This document shows, one piece after another, positions 41,240 to 52,189 of a stretch of 64,000 nucleotides of DNA. This DNA comes from Malacoraja senta. Lineage: Eukaryota. The stretch lies in contig CM075988.1 in NCBI GenBank assembly GCA_038087875.1, positions 10,294,001 through 10,358,000 of the forward strand. Direction: 5' to 3'. Positions within the stretch are counted from its first letter, which is position 1; every line of letters begins with the position of its first letter. A model generated the notes under the pieces. It saw only the letters and a program-made list of their open reading frames with translations. It had not been told where the DNA came from and did not search any database. The translations under genes were made by a program, and so were the position numbers.

Positions 41240-43720
41240 TTGAAACTCAGGCTAGGGTACTTAGTCTAAATAAGGGGGATTATGAAGGTATGAGGACTGA
41301 GCTGATCAAAGTTGACTGGGATAGCAGACTCAAGAATAAGACGGTACATGAGCAGTGGTGTACGTTTAAGGATCTACTGTATAACCTTCAAGAAAAATGT
41401 ATTCCTATGAAGAAAAAAAGGGGTAAGGGAAAGAACAGTCAGCCATGGCTTAGTAAAACTATAAAGGATAGTATTCGGCTGAAGGCAAGGGCATATAAGG
41501 TAGCCAGAGATAGTGGGAGGGTAGAGGATTGGGAAGCATTTAAAGGTCAGCAAAAAATAACTAAGAGATTAATTAAGACGGGGAAAATAGACTATGAAAG
41601 GAATTTAGCGAACAACATAAAAACTAATAGTAAGAGTTTTTATAGCTATATAAAAAGAAAAAGGGTGGCTAAGGTGAACGTTCGTCCATTGGAGGGTGAG
41701 ACTGGAGAGTTGTTGGTGGGGAACATGGAAATGGCAAAGGCATTAAACGAGTATTTTGTATCAGTCTTCACCATAGAAGACACAAAAAATATTCCAACGC
41801 TGGATAAACAGGGGGCGGTAGGAATGGAGGAGCTAAATACTATTAAGATCACCAAGGAGGTGGTATTAGGGAAATTAATGAGACTGAAGGAGGATAAATC
41901 CCCTGGGCCTGATGGATTACATCCAAGGGTCTTGAGGGAGATAGCGGTGGGGATTGTGGATGCATTGGTGATAATTTTCCAAAACTCCCTGGAGGCAGGA
42001 ACGGTCCCAGTGGATTGGAAAATGGCCAATGTAACACCTATATTTAAAAAAGGAAGTAAACAGAAGGCGGGTAACTATAGACCGGTTAGTCTAACATCGG
42101 TGGTGGGTAAAATGTTAGAGACAATTATTAAAGAAACACTAACGGGGCACTTGGATAAACATGACTTCATCGGACAGAACCAGCATGGTTTTGTGAAGGG
42201 GAAGTCCTGTTTGACGAATCTGCTCGAATTCTTTGAGGAAGTAACAACCCGGGTGGATAAAGGGGAACCGGTGGATGTGGTATACTTGGACTTCCAAAAG
42301 GCTTTTGACAAGGTGCCACATAAGAGACTATTGCTAAAAATAAAAAATTATGGGATTGGGGGTAATATATTAGCATGGGTAGAGGATTGGCTAACAAATA
42401 GGAAGCAGAGAGTGGGGATAAATGGTTCATACTCGGGATGGCAACCGGTAACTAGCGGGGTTCCGCAAGGGTCGGTGCTGGGACCCCAGTTGTTCACAAT
42501 TTATATAAATGATTTGGAGGAAGGAACCAAGTGTAATATATCAAAATTTGCGGACGATACAAAAATGGGAGGAAAAGTAGGGGATGAGGAGGATAGGAAG
42601 AGTCTGCAAAAGGATATAGATAAGCTAGGTGAGTGGGCAACAACTTGGCAGATGAAATTTAATACTAATAAATGTGAAGTCATTCACTTTGGGAAAAAAA
42701 ATGATAGGGCAAGTTATTTTCTAAATGAGGTGGAGCTGCGTTGTAATGCAACGCAAAGGGATCTAGGGGTAGTAGTACATGAATCACTAAAAGTTAGTAT
42801 GCAGGTGCAGCAAGCAATCAGGAAGGCCAATGGAGTTTTGGCCTTTATTGCTAGGGGGATTGAGTATAAAAACACGGAGGTCTTGCTGCAGCTGTACACA
42901 GTATTAGTGAGACCACATTTGGAATACTGTGTACAGTTCTGGGGTCCATACTTAAGAAAGGATGTACTGGCCCTGGAGGCAGTGCAGCGAAGGTTTACAA
43001 GATTAATTCCTGCAATGAGGGGATTGACATATGAGGAAAGGTTAAGTAGGCTGGAACTCTACTCTTTGGAGTTTAGAAGAATGAGAGGCGATCTCATTGA
43101 AACATATAAGATCGTGAGGGGCCTTGATCGGGTGGATGCACCGAGGATGTTCCCAATGATCGGGGAAACTAGAACTAGGGGACATAGTTGTAGAATAAGG
43201 GGGGGCTCTTGTAAAACTGAGATGAGGAAGAACTTCTTCACCCAGAGGGTGGTTAATTTATGGAATTCACTGCCCCAGGGAGCAGTGGAAGCAGAAACAT
43301 TAAATATATTTAAGTCTAAAATAGATGGGTTTTTAGCTGCCAAGGGGATAAGGGGCTACGGGGAGAAGGCAGGGATATGGACCTAGGTATGGTTAGTATA
43401 GTAAGACCTGAGTGATCTCCTGGACAAGTGTCGATCGCCTGGATTGGGGTCGGAGAGGAATTTCCCGGATTTTTTTTCCCGAATTGGACCTGGGTTTTTA
43501 TCCGGTTTTTTGCCTCCCCCAGGAGATCACGCGGTTCTTGGGGTGGAGAGGGGTGATAGCGGTATAAAGGGGAGGGTAGTGTCTTGTGTTCTGTGTCTTG
43601 TGTCTACTGTTTGTGGGTAAGGGTGTCTGTTTAGTGTTCAGCCATGAGCGAATGGCGGTGCGGGCTCGATGGGCCTGGTGGTCTACTCTCGCACCTACTT
43701 TCTATGTTTCTATGTTTCTA
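41240..43720 (+). mobile_element. 5'-truncated CR1 with an uninterrupted RT ORF and an extended 3' UTR
   Basis: Contains a 698-aa stop-free ORF and a (TTCTATGT)n tail. Possible TSD TGTAGG at 41234-41239 and 43721-43726. Confidence 0.93.
41290..43386 (+). CDS. CR1 ORF2 reverse transcriptase portion (5'-truncated, open)
   Basis: Motifs KSPGPDG, NYRPVSLTS, QHGF, DFQKAFD, GVPQGSVLGP and FADDTK. Confidence 0.9.
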   Translation: MRTELIKVDWDSRLKNKTVHEQWCTFKDLLYNLQEKCIPMKKKRGKGKNSQPWLSKTIKDSIRLKARAYKVARDSGRVEDWEAFKGQQKITKRLIKTGKIDYERNLANNIKTNSKSFYSYIKRKRVAKVNVRPLEGETGELLVGNMEMAKALNEYFVSVFTIEDTKNIPTLDKQGAVGMEELNTIKITKEVVLGKLMRLKEDKSPGPDGLHPRVLREIAVGIVDALVIIFQNSLEAGTVPVDWKMANVTPIFKKGSKQKAGNYRPVSLTSVVGKMLETIIKETLTGHLDKHDFIGQNQHGFVKGKSCLTNLLEFFEEVTTRVDKGEPVDVVYLDFQKAFDKVPHKRLLLKIKNYGIGGNILAWVEDWLTNRKQRVGINGSYSGWQPVTSGVPQGSVLGPQLFTIYINDLEEGTKCNISKFADDTKMGGKVGDEEDRKSLQKDIDKLGEWATTWQMKFNTNKCEVIHFGKKNDRASYFLNEVELRCNATQRDLGVVVHESLKVSMQVQQAIRKANGVLAFIARGIEYKNTEVLLQLYTVLVRPHLEYCVQFWGPYLRKDVLALEAVQRRFTRLIPAMRGLTYEERLSRLELYSLEFRRMRGDLIETYKIVRGLDRVDAPRMFPMIGETRTRGHSCRIRGGSCKTEMRKNFFTQRVVNLWNSLPQGAVEAETLNIFKSKIDGFLAAKGIRGYGEKAGIWT

Positions 43721-44337
43721 TGTAGGAAAGAACTGCAGATGCTGGTTTGAATTGAAGGTAGACACAATATGCTGGAGTAACTCAGCGGGATGCAGAGAAC
43801 TCAGCATCTCTGGAGAGAAGGAATGGGTGACGTTTAGTGTCGAGACCTTTATTCAGATTCTTGCAAATCTTGCACCTAGTTTTCTAGGTTATACTTCTTT
43901 GCTGCAATGTCAGTCAGGCCATTGGTAGAGCCGTTGCCTCACATCACCAGAGATGTGAGTTTCATCCTGACCTCTGGTGCTGTCTGTGTGGAGTTTGCAC
44001 GTTCACCTTGTGATTGCGTGGGTTTTCTCTGGGTGCTCTGGTTTCCTCCCACATTCCTAAAATGTGCAGGTTTGTAGGTTAACTGGCTGCTGTAATTTGC
44101 CCTGTGTTTGTATGGCGTGCAGGCAAAAGTGGGTTAACATTGAACCAGTTCCGGTTGCGACATGCTCTGCTAGCAGTCGCAAACTTTTTAGCTCCGCTGA
44201 AAAAATCGCGATTTTTCGCGTTAAAATCGGGTCTGGAGGTCGGGACCGTTTTTAAAAACTTACCGGAGCTTCATGTCGCGGTGCTGATGACGTCATCAGT
44301 AAGCGCCGCGATTTTAACGGAGGGAAAGTCATTTTAA

Positions 44338-45333
44338 ATGAAAAGTACATCTCCAGGTCAGAGCCCACAGAGGAAAATCTCAAAACATCTGCTGAAGACT
44401 CTGGAACAGCAAGAAACTTCAGAACTGACCTCTGGAGAGGTCTCTGGAATGGCTACTCGATCTGCAAAAGAGAAAACCGAAATGGAGGACTTAAGAAACT
44501 CGGTAAGAGATATCAAAAATGATATGGAAGCTGGGAACAGTAAATTGATAGCCGGTAATGATAAAATACTTGAGGGTATTGAGGCTCTCCAAAAAAGAAT
44601 TGAAGGTGTGGAAAAAGGACTATCGATAAAAATTGAAAAGGTGGCAGAAGAGACCACAAAGATGTTTGAGGCTGTGCACGAAACTGTGGCTGCAAATGCA
44701 TCTGCAGTGAATGATTTGGAAGCTGCTGTGGAAGTGATGGCTGGAGAGATGCAGACTATGAAGTCAGAAATAGATAGTCTCAAGAACCAAGTCACAAAGG
44801 TTTCGAATAAATGTGTTGACCTAGAAGCTCGCTCAAGACGTCAAAATATAAGAATACGTGGTGTAAAAGAGGGAGCTGAGGGGGACAATGTTTGTGAGTT
44901 CGCTGCCAACCTAATTAAACACGTACTGAAGCTACCAGAAGTACCTGTAATTGAAGTAGCACATCGACTCCCCAGATTTAAATCAAGATCTCAAGGAGAA
45001 CGTGCCTACCCACGACAGATCATAATTAAACTTCGGGATATCTCAACAATGGAAGCGCTGATGAAAAAAATCAACCACGGAGAGAAGATGATGTACAGAG
45101 GTGATACTATTAAACTCCTACGGGACTACCCTTATGAGATTGAGCAAAAGAGAAGAAAGTTCTCACAGACCAGAGAAGTTCTTTATGGTGTTAAGGGAGT
45201 TTTGTGTGGAGTGTTTTATCCGGCTAGAATGCGTATCACCTTTGAGGGAGTGTCAAAAACATTCACTAATTCGGATGAATCTCTCAAATACGCTCAAGAA
45301 ATCGCGACTAAGGCTGCATCAACTGGAGACTGA
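44338..45333 (+). CDS. L1 ORF1p (coiled coil, RRM, CTD)
   Basis: N-terminal coiled coil followed by DLEARSRRQNIRIRGVKEG, AHR, PRQIIIK, DY, KRRKF and YPARMRI. Confidence 0.92.
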   Translation: MKSTSPGQSPQRKISKHLLKTLEQQETSELTSGEVSGMATRSAKEKTEMEDLRNSVRDIKNDMEAGNSKLIAGNDKILEGIEALQKRIEGVEKGLSIKIEKVAEETTKMFEAVHETVAANASAVNDLEAAVEVMAGEMQTMKSEIDSLKNQVTKVSNKCVDLEARSRRQNIRIRGVKEGAEGDNVCEFAANLIKHVLKLPEVPVIEVAHRLPRFKSRSQGERAYPRQIIIKLRDISTMEALMKKINHGEKMMYRGDTIKLLRDYPYEIEQKRRKFSQTREVLYGVKGVLCGVFYPARMRITFEGVSKTFTNSDESLKYAQEIATKAASTGD

Positions 45334-46553
45334 AAACCAAGACGACATGAACAAACGAACTTGCTTATTCTTCCAACAAGAGTATCACAAGGAAAGTGAA
45401 TTAACTGAACACTGATTTTTTATTTTTTTATTTGACTTCAAGCAACAGATTCTTAGTGAGACGTGGCTAGACATTATTATCTTCGCTGGAACATTGTGCT
45501 ATGTAATTCAAGGACACTACGTGCTCAAACGAGGAAAACCTGATAACGGGACGAACTGCTGGGCTGAGAGTGAAAAACATCACATGGCTTATATTGTTTA
45601 TAAAAAACTGAAAAAACTGAGAACTAATAATAATTAACAATTAACAATACTAATATAGAAATAGCAATTGAAATAGATAAAAAATGTGCAGTCTGCTCTG
45701 TTTAGCAGATAACAGCAAGTGCTATGCAGCTCGAGAGTGGAGGGAGGGGGAGACCGGGTACCTGGCATAACTCCAGGAGCCAGACTCCCGTTAACCCTTC
45801 CAGCGAACAGCTCATTTTTAACAATATTAAAATCAATTTAAAATAGTTAAGAGATAATATACACTCGAGGTTGATATGAAAAATATATACGGCTTATATA
45901 GTTTTACAAAATGCTGAGAATTAATCATAATTAATAATTAACAATACTAATATAGAAATAATATTTGAAACTGATAAAACTGTGGTGCCTGCGTCATAAC
46001 GCAGACAGCAGTTATCACCTATGTTCGCAGCTCGTGGAGAGGAGAGGAGATCAGGCACCTGGCACAATTCCAGGAACCTGACTCCGGTTAATCCACTCAG
46101 TAAACCGCTCACTTTAACAATACTAAATTCATTTTAAAATAGTTAAGAGATAAAGAGTGAGTAGGATATGGAATCGAATACATTTGACATATATATAAAT
46201 TGTAACTGGGTGAAATAGAACTGAATTGGAAACGGTAATGACCCCATAGATTTTGGGTAATAAATACAGCGGGGCTAACTTTATACCAACTACGCCGGAA
46301 GCGTTATGGATGTCGTACCCCACAGACGAGTGGGCCACTCACTACGGTGTTGAAATTTTAGACACCGTAAATTTATTTGATTTATATATATATATTTTTT
46401 TAATCACAATATGTCACATCTGTGTGTTTTTTCTTCAAGGACAATCGCGCAGGAGAACTACCAAGGAAGTCTATAATAGAAATACTCCCAAAATAACCAG
46501 AGTCCGGAGGTATGAACGCACCACAATAATTAAGGTCATTCAAATTGGTAAAA

Positions 46554-49500
46554 ATGCATGACGACAATCAAAAGAAAATAGGAGGAATCACATTATGTAG
46601 TTGGAATATAAGGGGGATTAATGAACCTATTAAAAGGGGCAAGATACTAGCTCAGTTGAAATCATACAACACGGACATAGCGTTTCTACAGGAAACACAT
46701 CTTAAACAGCAAGATCAGACAAGACTGAGGGCGAACTGGATAGGCCAAACATTTCACTCTTCATTTACCTCCAAATCTAGAGGTACTGCAATTATTATTC
46801 GTAAAGGAATTCCATTTAAATCAAAGAACACTATTTTAGATAAGGAAGGGAGATATCTTATAGTAGCAGGGGAGATCAATAATATGCCAATTACGCTGGT
46901 AAACATATATGCGCCCAACTTTGATAACCCTCAATTTTTTAATAAAATTCTGAATATAATTGCAGAATCTAATTATCAAAATGTTATAATCGGAGGAGAT
47001 TTTAATTGTGTTTTAGATCCTTATTTAGATAAATCGATGCAAAAACAAAAAGGTCAGACGAAATCTAAAACCAGTGAACTCTTACACACATATATGGAAA
47101 ACACAAATATAACAGATGTATGGAGGATTGCAAACCCGACGGGAAGGGACTACTCGTTTTATTCAATGGTGCATAAAACATATTCACGGATAGACTATTT
47201 TCTAGTGGATACAAAATTAATTTCGCAATCTCTGAATCCTAAATATCATATTAATGCGATCTCAGATCATTCTCCGTTAACTTTTGTTCTAAAACTAGAA
47301 GGAATGTCTATGAATAAACCGTTCTGGAGGTTTAACTCACAAATTTTAAAAGACCCTCAAGGGAGTATCTATCTAAAAAAACAGATGGATCTATTTTTTG
47401 AGTTAAATGATACACCAGAGATATCCCCCACGTTATTATGGGAATCCTTCAAAGCATTTATAAGAGGAGTCATTATTTCATTTCAAGCTTATCAAAATAA
47501 AAAGAATAAGAATGAACAAAGACACTTAGAAGATCAAATAAAACAGTTAGATATAGATAATGCTAAAGACCCAACTATGGATAAACATAATAAAATACTA
47601 CTACTGAAATTTCAGTTAAATAAATTACTGTCAGAGAAAGTTATAACATTATTTCAAATCACAAAACAAGAACACTTCGAATTCGGGGACAAACCCCACA
47701 AACTTCTAGCACGACAACTTAAAAAACGGGAAAAAGAGAATGCAATATTAAAGATTAAATCAGATAGAGGGGAAGTATTAACACTACCCAAGGATATTAA
47801 TAAAAGATTTGCTCAATTTTACCAGAATCTATACACATCTAAAACGTCAATAGACAATAATAAAATCTCAGAATTTTTAGATAATTGTAATCTACCACAA
47901 TTAGAACGCAGGGAACAAGAGGAACTGGGAGCACAAATTACTTCTAAGGAGATAGAAGACACAATAAAAACACTAAAAAATGGAAAAACACCAGGACCAG
48001 ACGGATTCAGTAATGAATTTTATAAATCTTTTTATGATATAGTTACTCCACGATTACAAAAAATGTATACATATGCTTATAAAGAGCAAAACCTACCTGA
48101 AACACTAGCGGAATCAACGATCATATTAATACTTAAAAAAGATAAAAATATAGAAGAACCAGGATCATATAGAGCTATTGCTTTGTTAAATACGGATCAG
48201 AAAATAATAGCAAAAACATTAGCCAATAGATTAAGCAAGTATGTTAGTAGACTAATACATGAGGATCAAACAGGATTTATACCTAAGAGACACTCATTTA
48301 ATAATTTGAGACGTTTGCTTAACATAATGCATTCACATAAATCTTATGACCAAGAGTTAGCTATCATCTCACTGGACGCAGAAAAAGCGTTTGATCAAGT
48401 AGAATGGGACTATATGATCAAAGTATTGCAAAAATTCCAATTGGGAGAAAACTTTATTGCATGGATAAAACTACTATATAACAAACCTACGGCTAGAATA
48501 CTAACTAATAATATATTATCTTCAAAATTCGAATTATCTAGGGGCAACAGACAAGGATGTTCACTATCACCGCTGTTATTTGCTTTGGTAATTGAACCCC
48601 TTGCTGAAAAAATAAGAACACACTCGAATATTCACGGTTATAACACAAAATATTCAAACAACAAACTATCCCTATATGCTGATGATGTACTACTGTACAT
48701 CACAAAACCACAAATTAGTATACCAAATATATTAAACTTAATTGAGGACTTTGGATCCTTTTCAGGATATAGAATAAATTGGAACAAAAGTGAAATTATG
48801 TCGATTAAACCAAAAGACTCAACACATCTCAGGAAATTCCCTTTTAAAATAGCTATGGAAAAATTCAAATATTTAGGAATTGAGATTACTAGAAATTACC
48901 ATGATATGTTTAAAGCTAATTATAATCCCCTACTTAAGAAATTAAATAATCTGATTAAATTTTGGAAAACACTTCCGATGTCCTTAATAGGTAGGATAAA
49001 TGCTATAAAAATGATTTTCTTACCACAAATCCTTTACCTATTTCAATCAATACCTATATATCTCCCAAAAAAGTTTTTCAAAAAACTGGACTCAGACATT
49101 ACAAATTTTATATGGGATTACAAATCCCACAGAATACAAAGAACACACCTTAACAAACGAAAAGAGTTGGGGGGTCTAGCGCTCCCTAACTTTATGTATT
49201 ATAACTGGGCAGTAAATATTAAAAATATGATTCACCTGCTGGACAATTCTGCCCAGCAGGTGGACTGGATTATAATGGAAAAAGGGGATTGCTCCCCGAA
49301 TAATATAGGAGCGATTATTCTCTCTCCAATAAATTTGAATAATAAAAATTATAATAAAAATCCAATTATATATAGCACTATTAGAACATGGAAGCAAATA
49401 AAACAGAATCTAAAATTAAGAAACCTATCTCTCTTAATACCAATAGTCAATAACCCATCGTTTAAACCTTCAATCATAGATAAAGCATTTATACAATGGG

Positions 49501-50345
49501 AAAGAATGGGAATTAAAACGCTCGAAGATCTGTATGAATTAGAAAAATTACTATCATTCCAACAACTACAACTGAAATATAATTTGAAAAATAATCAATA
49601 TTTTAAATATATACAAATCTGTGACTATTTGAAAACACACACAAAAGATTATTATAATATGCCTTCCGACTTACTAGATGAAGCAATGAAGACAAAGGCG
49701 GAATCAGTTAATTTAATATCATACTTATATAATATCATCTTAAATATAGAAATACCCACAACAGATGGAATTAGAAGAGATTGGGAACAAGATCTAGGTA
49801 TAAAAATTTCAAAAGAGAGTTGGGATAATCATTTATTACAGGTGCATAAATGCTCGATCAACGTACGACATACGCTTATCCAATTTAAAACATTACATAG
49901 ATTATATTATTCAAAAACCAAACTAAATAAAATCTTTCCTAACGTCTCACCAATCTGTGATAAATGTATATGTCAAGAAGCTACCATAGCACATTCTTTT
50001 GTTTTTTGTACAAAAATCCAAAAATTCTGGTTTGAAATATTTGATATTTTTTCAAAATTAATCAAAATAAAACTGGTACCAAAACCAGAATGGATTATTT
50101 TTGGAATATCGGAAGGTATTCCTGAATTAAACGTGTATCAGAAGAATTTACTCAATTATGGGCTAATAATGGGAAAAAAGCTTATACTTAAATTCTGGAA
50201 AAATGCGCCCACACCAACAATAAAAATGTGGACATCAAATATGTTGGAAACATTACATCTGGAAGAGATGAGATTCCTCCTAGTAGGCAAAGTAGATCAA
50301 TTTCAAAAGACGTGGTCTACGTTTTTGGACCTATTACAAGCATGA
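46554..50345 (+). CDS. L1 ORF2p (APE endonuclease, RT, C-terminal Cys-rich domain), about 1263 aa
   Basis: Motifs SWNIRGI, FLQETH, NIYAPN, GGDFN, SRIDY, SDH, PGPDGF, SYRAIALLN, DAEKAFD, RQGCSLSPLLF, YADD and CDKC..H...C, with no stops. Confidence 0.96.
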   Translation: MHDDNQKKIGGITLCSWNIRGINEPIKRGKILAQLKSYNTDIAFLQETHLKQQDQTRLRANWIGQTFHSSFTSKSRGTAIIIRKGIPFKSKNTILDKEGRYLIVAGEINNMPITLVNIYAPNFDNPQFFNKILNIIAESNYQNVIIGGDFNCVLDPYLDKSMQKQKGQTKSKTSELLHTYMENTNITDVWRIANPTGRDYSFYSMVHKTYSRIDYFLVDTKLISQSLNPKYHINAISDHSPLTFVLKLEGMSMNKPFWRFNSQILKDPQGSIYLKKQMDLFFELNDTPEISPTLLWESFKAFIRGVIISFQAYQNKKNKNEQRHLEDQIKQLDIDNAKDPTMDKHNKILLLKFQLNKLLSEKVITLFQITKQEHFEFGDKPHKLLARQLKKREKENAILKIKSDRGEVLTLPKDINKRFAQFYQNLYTSKTSIDNNKISEFLDNCNLPQLERREQEELGAQITSKEIEDTIKTLKNGKTPGPDGFSNEFYKSFYDIVTPRLQKMYTYAYKEQNLPETLAESTIILILKKDKNIEEPGSYRAIALLNTDQKIIAKTLANRLSKYVSRLIHEDQTGFIPKRHSFNNLRRLLNIMHSHKSYDQELAIISLDAEKAFDQVEWDYMIKVLQKFQLGENFIAWIKLLYNKPTARILTNNILSSKFELSRGNRQGCSLSPLLFALVIEPLAEKIRTHSNIHGYNTKYSNNKLSLYADDVLLYITKPQISIPNILNLIEDFGSFSGYRINWNKSEIMSIKPKDSTHLRKFPFKIAMEKFKYLGIEITRNYHDMFKANYNPLLKKLNNLIKFWKTLPMSLIGRINAIKMIFLPQILYLFQSIPIYLPKKFFKKLDSDITNFIWDYKSHRIQRTHLNKRKELGGLALPNFMYYNWAVNIKNMIHLLDNSAQQVDWIIMEKGDCSPNNIGAIILSPINLNNKNYNKNPIIYSTIRTWKQIKQNLKLRNLSLLIPIVNNPSFKPSIIDKAFIQWERMGIKTLEDLYELEKLLSFQQLQLKYNLKNNQYFKYIQICDYLKTHTKDYYNMPSDLLDEAMKTKAESVNLISYLYNIILNIEIPTTDGIRRDWEQDLGIKISKESWDNHLLQVHKCSINVRHTLIQFKTLHRLYYSKTKLNKIFPNVSPICDKCICQEATIAHSFVFCTKIQKFWFEIFDIFSKLIKIKLVPKPEWIIFGISEGIPELNVYQKNLLNYGLIMGKKLILKFWKNAPTPTIKMWTSNMLETLHLEEMRFLLVGKVDQFQKTWSTFLDLLQA

Positions 50346-51129
50346 GGTGCAATAGTAATTTAGAAAAACAAATAAATAAATAAAAGGTATCTGGACCTGG
50401 TAATGGGAGGTAAAATAAAAACAGACTTGGTTGGTAGTTCCTTCTCTATGAAGTATGGTATAAGAGTTATAATAGAGCGATTGTTCCTTCTTTCTTTCTC
50501 TTTTTTTTTCTAGGGTCTATTTTCTAACTTTACTTCCTTCTCTAACCTCTTTTCTAAGGGGCTTTCTTTTCCCAACACTCTTTTGCACTTCACAACCTTT
50601 GCGCACTTTCTTCACTTTTCTTACTTCTTTCTTTTTCTTTCTTAAAGTTTAAAAAAGTGAAGCGGTACAAAAAATGTATTAATATATACGTGTTGTACAT
50701 TACTGTAATCTACCGTACTTCTAAAAAAAAAAAAAAAAAATAAAAAATAAAAAAATAAAAAAAAATAAAAAAAAAAAATAAATAAAAAAAAACATTGAAC
50801 CAGTGTGAACCGGTGATAGTTGGTCAATGTGGACTGGGTGGGCCTAAGGCCCATTTCCACACTGTATCTCTTAATACATAAAGAAATAAATACATATTTG
50901 CTATTTTAAAGCTGCAATATTCACATTCATCAGAGAAGTATTGCCTCTGAGGTCATCACAAAAGCAAAACTGAAAATCTACTTGCTTCCTTGTGACTATG
51001 TGTCAGGGAAATATTCTGGTGTTATTATCAGAAGAATGCTATCCAAAGAAGACACAAGCTTGTTCTTCACCTCCTGTTCCACACTCTGCCTCCAGCATCT
51101 AATGCTGGAGAGAAGAGAAGAGAAACTTA

Positions 51130-51428
51130 AGGGCCTGTCCCACTGTATGAGGTAATTCAAGACTTCTCCCGAGTTTCCCCTGATTCAAACTCAGAGAATT
51201 ACGGTAATAGCCGCTCGTAGGTACTCGGGCTCTCGTGGACATTTTTCAACATGTTGAAAAAACCTTATGAGCTTACCGCGTTTCCCCGAGTACCTGCCGT
51301 TAGCGTTACGAGCCACTGAGAGATGTCCCGAGCTCCGATGTACCCGCTACGTACATTCTACGTACTTACCACGAGTTTGATTTTTTTTTAAATTCGGGAG
51401 AGCTCTTGGGTATAGTGGGACAGGCCCT
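51130..51428. mobile_element. Harbinger/PIF-type MITE
   Basis: TIR AGGGCCTGTCCCACT...AGTGGGACAGGCCCT with a TTA TSD. Confidence 0.88.
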
Positions 51429-52189
51429 TTAGGAATAAAGAACAAAGAGTAAGCATCATGTGCACACAAGCAGTGAAGTGCGGAAATCAAGCCCTGCGTG
51501 GATGCTTTCATAGTGCTTTTCTGTGGGAGGTATTATTTTTCTCTCCATCATTATATTAGGTTAGAGAAGCAGGGTAAAGTTAGCGTTTGACTGTTGAAAG
51601 GCTCTTTAGATCTAAGTGATTCTATTTGCGACCTCACTGATGCAACAGCAGCCAAACAGTGTTGCATTTCACGATGGACTCTGGCTCAAGGTCAGTGAGC
51701 ATGACAAAGATCTGGAAAATGGATTCCATAGCATGCTATCTCTTGGGGAATTCAATCGGACTTTATTTGCAAAGCAGCTAAATTATTTTTCTGCCAGGGC
51801 TATTCTTTCACTTACACAATGTCAATGTGTTGTCTACTAGTTACAGTTTTGATGTTAAAATCATCATATTTTGTGAGTCAACAAGATAGAATTATCCTCA
51901 GAACAATGTACTTGTACCCCCAGGTCTCTCATTTACCGTACAAATGTTGTCCTGGATTAATTTCCTAAAACGTATCACTTTGCACTTGTCCGAGTTAAAT
52001 TATACCGGTCACTCCTTTGTCCACTGTCCCAATTGATCTAAATCCTGTTGTAACCTTTGACAACCTTCTTCACTGTCCTCCACACCACCAATTTTGTTGT
52101 AATTTGGAAATGTTTTGTCCTTCTTCAAACTGACAGAAATGTTTGATATAGTGTTTAGATACATTCTCATCGAGATTGTTAATATATAT

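Larger units (their letters stand above)
44150..50790 (+). mobile_element. Full-length L1-clade LINE with both ORFs open, inserted in a V-SINE
   Basis: 5' UTR, ORF1, a 1.2-kb spacer, ORF2, a T-rich 3' UTR and a long A-rich tail. A 14-bp TSD AACATTGAACCAGT lies at 44136-44149 and 50791-50804. Confidence 0.96.
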
